64,000 nucleotides of DNA from Lama glama. Its lineage: Eukaryota. Position 1 is the first letter of the stretch; every line of letters begins with the position of its first letter. The DNA lies in the NCBI GenBank assembly GCA_028534125.1, contig CM052817.1:76076001-76140000 (forward strand). The letters run 5' to 3'. Positions 54,051 to 64,000 of this stretch are shown here, one piece after another. Below the pieces are notes generated by a model. It worked only from the letters and a program-made list of their open reading frames with translations. It made no database searches and had not been told where the DNA came from. The translations under genes were made by a program, and so were the position numbers.

Positions 54051-54883
54051 AACATTTTTAGAAATAGCTGTCATTCTTCATTATATTTAACAAGTAGAAA
54101 TCTGACATGAAATCAAAGGTCATTATAATACAACTAAAAACTAGATTAGAAATTGCTTCCCGGCAGGAAACTCCTCTGCTTTCCATCTTTCACCATGTTA
54201 TTTGCAAAGTGAAGACATTTGGCAGTCAAGTTCTCTGCACACAGCTTACTGCAGGTGCTTAATTGTCTGGAACAATCACTTGTCTGTGAAATCAGACCCT
54301 TAATGATACTACAGCTTTGATTGGTTTCCATAAGTGGAGAAGTGGAACTACCTTTAGGCCCAAAAGTCACTAAAAAGTATTTAGCTCTTCCCAAGAAAGC
54401 ATAATTTGCTTCTGATGAATACCCCATCGTTGGCGATCATCCCCAAGTACCTAGGAACATAACATTGCACCTTCCTAACCACCATTTCGTTGAAAGTCTA
54501 ATTTCTACCCAGATTGTACGTTTACTGAATTCCACTATAGCTAATGTATCTTTTGGGAAAGAGGTTACTTACAGAATCACAGGGAGCCCAGATCCAGTTA
54601 AGTCAAAGATTTTGAAAACAAATGATTAAGTAAGGTGAGTGATATCCAGACTGCCTGTTTTCTGAAAAACGTGCTGTGATTTTTACCTTTGCTCCTCTGT
54701 AGAGGAACCTGATGGCCAAATGTCTTTATTATGCACGCAACATGGTGAAAGATGAAAAATGGAGGAGTTTCCTGCAGGGAAGCAATTTCTAATCTAGTTT
54801 TTAGATGTTAATGACTTTTGATTTCACTCCAGATTTTTACTTGTTAAGCATAATAAAGAAAAACAGCTATTTCCAAAAGTGTT
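54051..54883. repeat. Long imperfect inverted repeat: arms 54051-~54240 and ~54698-54883, spacer ~460 bp
   Basis: Manual alignment of the left arm to the reverse complement of the right arm: outer 75 bp ungapped at 63/75, core 42/43 (54134-54176 vs 54762-54804), plus perfect 16-bp and 12-bp blocks. Confidence 0.95.
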
Positions 54884-56013
54884 ATTTTACTTAAGCTCAC
54901 TATCATGGCAGTCGTGTTGTGTGCTGAAGGCAGGGTTGTCTGACACGATTAGACCTCAGTCACTGTGACTTGGGTCCTCACCAGATTTCTGCATCTGTGC
55001 AGGGCCTGGCATGCACTGTGGCTCTTCCCCAGTACAAGAGCTTTTTTTCATCCCTCTGTAAACCTCCCTGAGCTGCCGTGCATTTCTACCTCTGCACCGA
55101 GGCTACACTTTTGATGTCCTTCTCCCTACAGATTGAGGCTTTTGTTCTAAAGGGGACAAAAGGAAGATATGTCTCATTTAGACAGTAGTCATTAACACCT
55201 CTTTTTCCAGCAAGCCATGAAGGACCGTTCTCAGGATTCCTTTCAATCTTTATTATCAATACTGACTGGGTTCCTTGAGGAAAATAAGGTGAGAGACCTT
55301 GTTTCTATGGCCCCAGTGGCTTCATGCTCCCGCCTTAACACACACTCACTCTAGCTCTTCATTGGTAGTTTACTATTTCCCCCATCTTGGCATTTGAAAT
55401 CCACTGGCTACTCAAATTAAAGTCAAAGCTCAGCTCTGTTTTCACCATGTAGGCCCCCAAGTCCCTTTAGATTTTGTGTTAGGTATTTGCCCTGTGACCT
55501 CAGTTTTGGAATGGGTACATGGGGTGGCCCTTAGCCTGCAGTGAATCCAGACTGTTTTTCTTTTTTGTAAAGTTCAGACCAATACTTTCCAGCTCTCTGC
55601 TTCTCTAAACTGAAACATGGTGCTCCTCAAAGTCCAAAGCAAGGATTTTGAAAATGTGTTAATATGTTGCTAGACCAGTTAACATCTCATTTCAGTTCTC
55701 TTAGCTTTCAAATAAGGATAGTAATAATTCTGAATTCAAAATTGCGCTATAAGTAGAAAGTGCTGGTCTATTTAAAAAACTGAATAGTGAGGCAAGATGT
55801 CTAAATTAGATATAATAAATGCAATTAAATATAAATGAATATCCTTTCACTTTACTATTTTTACTAACTTTGCAAAAATTTGTTAACTATGGTTCCTTTG
55901 ATCTTACTGTAAATACCCAACCACTATATAAGTATCACACTAGTCTTGTTAGGTTAAGTAGACCATTTGAACAAATTTCTACAAGCATATTTTGTAAGGT
56001 ATAATTAAATAAA

Positions 56014-56027
56014 TATATATATTGATA

Positions 56028-56065
<38 letters not shown>

Positions 56066-56096
56066 CACTATATATATATATATCAATCAATATATA
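56014..56096. repeat. Interrupted (TA)n tract
   Basis: Read directly. Confidence 0.9.
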
Positions 56097-56334
56097 ATAC
56101 AAAATATTTCATTCTTCCCAAGTCAGCTCTCAGGGCTTTCCTCAAACTTTCCATCTATCCATCCATCTTTCCTAAGTTATTTATCACCTATATTCTAATA
56201 ATGGATACTATGTTCCAGTGGTTCTCTAATTTCTACTCACAGTTACTCCACTATCTAAACATCTCCTGACCGTCACATTGTCTATCAGTGTAACTTCTGG
56301 ATTGCTGCATAAAGTATATAAGCTTGCTAAGTCA

Positions 56335-56450
56335 TATCTATAGCATCTCTCTTATAAAATGAAAATATCCTTTAAGGAGATCACTTACCTGATTTGTCTG
56401 TGGTATCACAAGTGAGGACAGTGAATTAAACATTATTCGTGAATGAATGA
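56335..56450 (+). mobile_element. L2 3' end
   Basis: Ends tgaatgaatga after degenerate L2-like sequence. Confidence 0.5.
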
Positions 56451-58284
56451 CCATCTATGTGTGTTGTATTACACACATACCCTCACACTACTGAAATAAG
56501 CCAAATCTAAGGTTAATAAATTTGTAGAAATATATCTTGTTTTTATTCAGGTTGAAACCAAATCCTGTTTTCCCATTGTGAACCAATATGTTTATAATCA
56601 AAAGGACTGACTTCTGCCAAGATAATCTAATTTTTAAAAATTTAAGCCATTGCAAAAAGAACGAGTCCTATTAATAAAAAAAAAAAACTGATAGTTTTTT
56701 TTCTAGATACAGAGAAATACAATAGTGTGCTAGGCTGTCTCCTGGGCAAATTACCACAATGGAAATATAAGGCTAGTTGCTGTGAAATCTGTATTAGTGC
56801 TCATTCTTCTGTGAGACAGGAAGTCCTGGTCTGCTGGACTAGAACACAACCTAAATATTCCTCTGCATTTACACAACACACGCCTAAAACAGAATGGTCA
56901 ATATAAGCTTACTAGGAAAAAACAGCCTAATGCCTTCCTCAAAGAAAAATGTATTGGTACAATGTCATTTTTAAAAACTCATTCAGATTTTGCTCTCTAA
57001 ATGCATTCCTCATTTTGCATGCAAAGTAAAATGTTATTCAGTGCTTATTTTCTTAACATACGTCTTTACAATTAACAGGGGGCAATTCATCTTTAAAACA
57101 ATACCAGATGTTAAGAATAGATGTACCAGCTTTTATGTTTATCTAAGCAATATGTGCTGTGGCAAGAAAAAAGCTATATACATATATAATGTACTAAAAA
57201 TATAAATCTGTATTATATGTATACAGTATATACTATACCATGCTGCAAACATTTTATGTGATACTCTAACAAGGAATACAACACATCACACAAATTTTGT
57301 TTATAAATGATTCATGTAACTTTCACAAGTAGTAAATTAAATGTCTAGGTAATATTTTGACAATCTTTGTGCAATACTGTGTTTCTCTAGTTGACTATTA
57401 TTGATGTTAAATATTTGTTTTTATTTTCATTCTTTTCTTTATATTCATTATTCTTCAATTGAAAATCCCTGAAAAAATAAGGCTATATAAAGTGTGTTGT
57501 GTTATACACTACGTCTATGTAGTTGATTTTCTCACTTCTATCTTTCATTCCTCTAGGCTCTTCCCCTCCATTTCCTCCCTCACATCTGCTCAGTTCTGAG
57601 TTTTCAGAAGATGTTCATTGAAGACATAGGAGTACCATTCGGCTTTTGAAAGTCTTTGCTAGTAAGGTTTTTAAAATTCTTACTAGTCACGATTTTCAGT
57701 AAAATATCATATTAATCACATAGTTAAATTTCCTGAAAGAAACCAATGCTGTTTTTTCATTAATATGGTATATGTTATATGTCCATTAGTTTTAAAAAGT
57801 TAATGTTTGTTTTAGTTTACATAAGGCAATCAAAAATCTGTACTTTGAATGTCTAAAGTCTAAAACATCATGGCTTGAAGAAAAACGATCAGCTATAGTA
57901 TAGGAACTTCACTGTGATAGTTAATGATTTGGATAGCAGTAACTTGGGAAAGAAATTCTGGTGTGCACGTATTAAATTTTTGGAGATTTCAAATAAATTG
58001 AAATGCGTGAGATGCTGAAAGGATGATTAACTTTTGGTATTTAACCCATAATGTGTTTACAATATGCTGCTTACACTGTTCTCCTTAAACTGTTTTGTAT
58101 CCCTTTCGTTTGCACACATTTCATTAGATCTATGATGTTCTATCCAGAGTAGCCCTAACAGTCTTTCATTTCAATAGAATTAAGGTTTTAATCTTTCAGA
58201 AAGACTCAGATCACTATTTGGTTTACTCATACATATGATTACATAAATATATTATTAAATAAATAAAAGATAAATCTCCCCTAC

Positions 58285-58922
58285 TTAAGAATTCCAAATA
58301 ATGCATGCACATATTCCATCCTCATGGAGTAGAATCGTAATTCCCCACTTCTTAAATGCTGACTCTGCATACTGACTTCCTTCCAAAGAATGCACTATGG
58401 AAATGGGGAAAAAGCATAACTCTACAGTAGAGAAGCCTGACAAAACACAGTCCAGCCAGGCTACAAAGGTCAACATTAACATCAGAAGTCATGTTGACAG
58501 GATTACCCTTAAGATGAGAAAAAAATTGTTCGTTATCCTATGATCTTCGTCCCCAAAGTTTATGCCATCTAATTATGAGAAAAACATTATTCTAATTCTA
58601 ATAAAAGGGAGTCTTACAATACACCAAACCAGCACTTCTCAACATGGTCAAAGTCATCAAAACCAAGGGAAGTGTGAAAAATTGTCATACTTATAAGGAA
58701 CCTATGGAGACATGAGAACTAAGTGTAAGGTGGTGTCCTGGAACAGACATTTGAATACAGCATAAACTCTAGTTTCAAATAATGATCAACATTGATTCAT
58801 TAATTTTAACAAATATAACATTAATATGATATGGTAATAGGGAAAACTGTATGCAGGGTATATATAAATTCTAATATTTGCAAGTTTTCTTCCTGTACAA
58901 ATGGTTCTTTTTTTAAAAAAAG
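58285..58922 (+). mobile_element. L1MC/MD-type 3'UTR
   Basis: aattccccacttcttaaatg..tgacttccttccaaaga..acagtagagaagcctgacaaa..aaggtcaacattaaca. Confidence 0.8.
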
Positions 58923-59399
58923 TAAATAGGGCTGATCCAGCAGTTCTTAGATATTGGCAACTTCCTCAAGCAGGAATGGAATGTCAATTGATGAAACATA
59001 AAGGCATACTTGAAGAAAGCAGGATGATACGGTGAATTAGGAGATAGCGAAAACATTTATAGATCATAATATACTGACAAGATAAGTTTTAGAAGTTTTG
59101 TCCATGGTGATTTAAGTAAGATAATATCTTTGGTTTTAATTGGAATCAGTTTGCTCTTGGACCCGAAGGGGGAAAATGACCCAGTCCATGTTTTAATGCA
59201 GCTCACTTTTCTTAACTATAAATGATATACATGCATAGTTTTAATGAATTATGGGACTCTTAACATTTTCATCAGCAGCTAATATGCCATAGAATGCACT
59301 CCATTGGACCAATAAGACAGTATGGTCTACAAATGGATGATAATGGGATAAAGTGCTAGTGGTCAACTCTGGAGAAAATCTGCCACAGCTCTCTGACTG

Positions 59400-60400
59400 C
59401 CATACTTTACATATATCCCACAGGCAAAATTTACCCACTTCTTCCCAAGACCCTCAAAGTATCATCTCATCATGGTAGCGGTAGCTCGTCATCTGAATCA
59501 GATCTGGATGTGGATAAGTCTCCTCAGAAACTCTTGAGCTGGACACCCGTGAATTAAGAATAATTTATCTGCCCATTTCCCACCCATACTACATACAGTG
59601 ATGAACTGAGGACATGGAAATGAAAATAGATGCTCTCACTTTAAAGAGGAAAGAAAAGGAAGCTCATAGGGTCACCAGTTGGTACTAATCCTTAAATCCA
59701 GCCCAGTCCATGGTGCCAGTTTCTCCAAGTCTAGGCACAAAGAAGGTTCCTTTAGTAGGGCTGTATTCTGACCTCTGGTATTGTAAACCATATCCATTTT
59801 TCTCTAAATCTCTTGGTTTTTCTCTCTGGCTGTTTGAGAAAGACCATTGTTAACATCCTTTAATTTGTTAGAAATTGTCCATATTTATACTTGAGGGCCT
59901 ACTTTCCATTTTTTTAATCTTTATCATTTTCTTAATTGAAGTATAATCAGTTATAATTTATTGATTTCTGGTATACAGCATAATGTTGGCCTATTTTTAA
60001 CTATCTTTTATATGCAGGCTGACAATACATTCCCTCTATTTACCTAAGAAACTTAGTGACCTTTTAATGAATGTAAGGGTTAAATCAAAAGGACTGTGCA
60101 ATAGCAAATCTTAGAAGCACTCTCTTCAATACCAGAAGTGAAATAATCATGCCTCTATCACCACGGTATTTCACCTTGGACAAAAAAAAAAGTGACACAA
60201 GCATAAAATTAAGCATAGGGTTTACGAAGGAAGAGAGAAACCTAATCTCCAAAATCTTTACAAGCACATTCTCAGATATCTTCACTAAGGTAAGAGTCTT
60301 TTATGGGCAGATGAATACCGATGTCCTGGACAGTTTACACCAAGAACTTGCACATTTTTCTCCTGTGGATTTTGTGCTTAGCAATTCAGTTTTCTCCAAA
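59400..60400 (-). mobile_element. MaLR internal (MLT1-int-like) sequence
   Basis: ttatctgccc..acatacagtgatg..atagatgctctcac..taaatccagcc motifs resemble reverse MLT-int. Confidence 0.55.
59906..59987 (-). mobile_element. Tiny L1 3'-end insertion
   Basis: ttaattgaagtataatcagtt..tttctggtatacagcataatgt flanked by ggcctacttt (59896) and ggcctatttt (59988). Confidence 0.75.
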
Positions 60401-60406
60401 ACCTGC

Positions 60407-60656
60407 TGTATTACCTTTCTAGGGACGCCAAAACAAAGTATCACAAACTGGGTAGCTTACACAGAAATGTATTGTCTCACAGTTTTGGAGCTAAAAGCCC
60501 AATATGAATGTGTCCACAGGGTTGGTTTCTTCTGAAGGCTCTGAGGGAGAATGCACTTCCTGTCTCTCTCCTAGCTTCTAAGAGTTTGCTAGCAGTCTCT
60601 GGTGTTCCTTGGCTCCTGTTACATCAGCTCAATCTCTGCCTTCACCTTCACATGAC

Positions 60657-60690
<34 letters not shown>

Positions 60691-60890
60691 TGTATGTGTG
60701 TGTGTCTGCCTGCCAAATTTTCTATCAGGGCACCCATCATATTGGTGTGGGAACCACCCTACACCAGTATGACCTCATCTTAACTAATTACATCTCTATG
60801 ACCCTATTTCCAAATAAAGTCACATTCTTAGGTACTGGAGATTAGGACTTGAACATAAATTTTGGATGAATTCAATTCAATTCATCATAG
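60407..60890 (-). mobile_element. MLT1A/B/C-like MaLR LTR containing (TG)n at ~60659-60705
   Basis: tgtattacctttctaggg..cacaaactgggtagctta..tatgacctcatcttaactaattacatct..tttccaaataaagtcacattct. Confidence 0.88.
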
Positions 60891-60958
60891 AAGTTATTAA
60901 AAATGATAGTAAGCCACTGAATGAAACACATGTATCTTTCTTTGTAAATTCATACATA

Positions 60959-61557
60959 CAGTTGAGGCTCATTAGTCACAGATTCTATATTTGCAAATTT
61001 TCCCACCCACACATTGTGTAACATCAAAATCAATAACCTCAATCACTGGTAGTAATTTGCAAATACCCTTGAACAGAGTGGGAAAATATAGTGTTGCTCA
61101 ACACAGAGTCCCAGTTGAGATCAAACAAAGTGATATTTTGCTTCCAGTTTCAGTTCTCAGACTGTAAACAAGTGTCCTACAGCGTAGTGTCGTGTTTTCA
61201 CATTTGGGGGCTATTTATTGGTGCTGAGGTGCTGTCTAAAGTTTCAGAATGCAGGAAGGCTGTGATGTGCTTTATGGAGAAAATAATATGTGTGTTCGGT
61301 AAGTTTCAGGCATGAGTTATAGGGCCACTGGCCATGAGTCCAATGTTAAGGAATCAACATGTATGTTAAATACAATATCTTTATATAGAAACACACAGAA
61401 CAAGATTATGTGTTGATTGGTTGATGAATATGCTATAACCAGAGGCTTACTGGGACCTAACCCTGAATTTCCTCTGGGATCGATGACTCAGTCATCACTA
61501 AGTCAGTGTTTATGGTGACTTTATAAAACAACTACTGAGAACAATGAGAATGAACTG
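60959..61557 (-). mobile_element. MER82-like TcMar-Tigger non-autonomous DNA transposon
   Basis: TIRs ta|cagttgaggctcatt and aatgagaatgaactg; subterminal cagtgtttatggtgactttataaaacaactac matches the reverse MER82 start as I recall it. Confidence 0.8.
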
Positions 61558-61759
61558 TCACATTAAAACGAATTTAAGAAAAAGTCTTAATAGTGAATGG
61601 TCCTAAAATTAGATGTGTGTTTATTGCCATCAACTGGATCACAAGTTTTAAATACTTTATTACACATCCAAGAAAAATATAATTTAGTCAATTGGATGTG
61701 AACCCAGTATATAGGGATAAAACAGATTTATATCATTAAAATTGCTGCTAATACTGAAA

Positions 61760-62810
61760 GCCAAGGGACTGGTTGAGTAAATTATGGATTAAACTTAGAT
61801 AGGTAATAGATCTGGCTGGAGGACTGAGTTCTGATCATTCCAAACAGTGCAAATTGAGTCTGGAAAAGGGAGCAAACAGTAAAGTATTAATAAAAGTAGA
61901 ACAGCATGGCATCCTCTTAGAGAAGAAAGTTTTTCAAGAAGGAAGAAGTAATCGACTATGTTTATGCTGCTAAGATGTTAGTTCAGATGTTTGCTTGATG
62001 TGGAGATCACTGGGGACTTGGGAAATTGAAATTCAAAGTGCAAGTGAAGCCTTGTATGGGACAGAGGCATTTAATCCAGTGTAACAGAAGGGGAGGCAAA
62101 GAATAAATGTATAGATGGAGGTGGGCTAATGATTTTTGTAGTAAGATTAGGTAGTTTTCTCCCGATTATTTGTATTTTCTGGTGGAATGAGAAGCAAGGT
62201 CATCTGTTTAGAATGAGAAGTGGGGAGAGGGTGTGGGGGATGTGGGAAGAGTGGTAAAATGGTGTCATAGCTCTACAGCAGTAGGAAAGCAAGTAGACCA
62301 GAGAAATGCATGAGGCAATGCTCAAGGCCAATTTGAGAAGCAACTTTCTAAACTGAAAGTAACATGCAGTTAGTAAGGTTCTATACTTCTCTCCAGCCAC
62401 CTTCACAGAATGGCTGAAGCCACAGAAGAGTGATGAGTGAGGAGCGATTGGTTTTTCTGTTTGTTTTTAACTCTTTGCAGTAAAGTAAGAAGGCAAGAGA
62501 CTGCAAGAAGGTTGATTCCAGTAACTGTGGAATCTAAGTTAGGTAAAATGGGAAAGGAAGATAAAGAGCAGAGTGAAAACTGGATTGAAAATCTGTTGGG
62601 TTCGTGGACTTTGGGATTAAGAATGCTAGAACTGGAAAGCTAGTGATACTAACAGAAAAGAGGCCTGAAATCAACAATGTGAAGGTGACGTGGTTATTGC
62701 TGCTGACAATGTCTTGGACATGACTACAGTAGTTATGGATGGGGTGGGTTAGAAGAAATGACCACTGGGGAGTTGAAACTCAGGAACCGAGAGCCCAGGG
62801 TTTGGGGCTG
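61760..62810 (-). mobile_element. L2 fragments
   Basis: ttcaagaaggaagaagtaatcgactatgtttatgctgct..tggagatcactggggacttg and further purine-rich L2-like blocks. Confidence 0.6.
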
Positions 62811-64000
62811 AGTGTGTTTGTATTTGCTTATTTGTGACATTTAATTTGAATTTACATGATCAAATGTTTAAGATTGTGGTTTTCCAACTAAATTTATCAT
62901 TAAAGGTAACAAGAGTAAACAGTTTATAGTTGTCAATGCTCCTGGGGAGTTAATTTTTGAATGACTCCTTTGGTTAACATTTATTTCAATGTAAATATGT
63001 TTTAGTTGACATGAGTTTTGGATCATTTTTTGTTGTTGAAAATTTAACCAATTGAAAGTTGACAAATGACTTGTTAGTGTATGGGCATTTCTGAATTGCT
63101 AAGTTTCTTACTTCCTGTGTAAATGTGAAAGCTGGATTCTTTTTCTGTAAAACTTAAAGCAGAAAAATTTGAGTTCTTGATGAATAATTAACATTTGTCA
63201 CACATGCTGGCAGGTGTCCTCCTGACACACAATCTTAAAGGCTTTATCCTCCTCTGTCTATTAGCATGTGGTCTATATTGTAACCAATACTTGATGGTCC
63301 ATATGTAAGAAGTTTATGGTTGATGATCTCACAGATGTCTACAAAAATCTCTTGATTTCTCAAGGCTATTTTTTTGAGCTGTAATTGATGAATAAATAAA
63401 TAATTAAATGAATAAATTTAACTTACTAGAATTAAAAAGTTTTGAAAAAATACATAGTATGCTCTGTTAGTATCTTCTTTTAAGCACTTTTGAAATATTT
63501 AGTCTGTCTACTAGGCAAACCTCTTATTTTGATGTAAGATTAAGAAATTTCATTTAGAATTTACATTGAGTTTTGGGAAGAACAATTGAATACATGAGAA
63601 GCACTGATCTGAAAAATTCAGAAGCAAGACACACTTTCCTTTATATTATTTTGGTAATTTCTCCTTTAAAATGCTTATCAAATTTTTCAATTTAGAAATG
63701 CTTTACTTAAAATTTGTGTATGATTCAGAAATCAATAAAAGGTTAAAAATGGACAATGAAATGTAAGTACAGTACAGCTCAGAAATGTATCAGTTTCTTA
63801 AGACTTTTAACACATCTCCAATAGTAAATTCCAGTACTAATTTTGAAGTAATATTTTGATTAAAATTGTTTAGAAAAATAACATATTATTTCAGTTACTG
63901 AGCTTATATATGCTTCAGGCAGCATGCCAGCATTGAGAGATATAAGATGTTACATAAAGAATTACTCTCAAGGAGTTCAAGCATGTTAGACTCCTATGGT

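Noticed and set aside
60149..60845. ORFs of 128, 91 and 78 aa
   Set aside because: They lie in MaLR sequence and a TG repeat.
1..64000. CRISPR array, operon or other prokaryotic system
   Set aside because: The sequence is mammalian throughout; I saw no repeat-spacer arrays or gene-dense segment.

Overview
AT-rich, repeat-dense mammalian genomic DNA with two 500-N assembly gaps. A tRNA-derived SINE resembling the camelid Vic-1 family suggests camel/alpaca/llama. I see no intact protein-coding gene: the ORFs in the track are L1 remnants, pieces of one pseudogene, gap artefacts or apparently random. The one recognisable gene-derived sequence is a disabled, intronless (processed) HAVCR1/TIM-1 copy at ~8.66-9.8 kb. 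Much of the window is L1 of several ages, mostly + strand, including a twin-primed 5'-inverted copy and nested insertions. There are also MIR, L2, MaLR LTRs, a MER82-like Tigger element and microsatellites. The most unusual unexplained structure is a long imperfect inverted repeat (~190-bp arms, 42/43-bp core) at 54051-54883 that I cannot assign to a known repeat; its loop holds an exon-like segment. Repeat subfamily names and boundaries come from recalled consensus sequences and are approximate.
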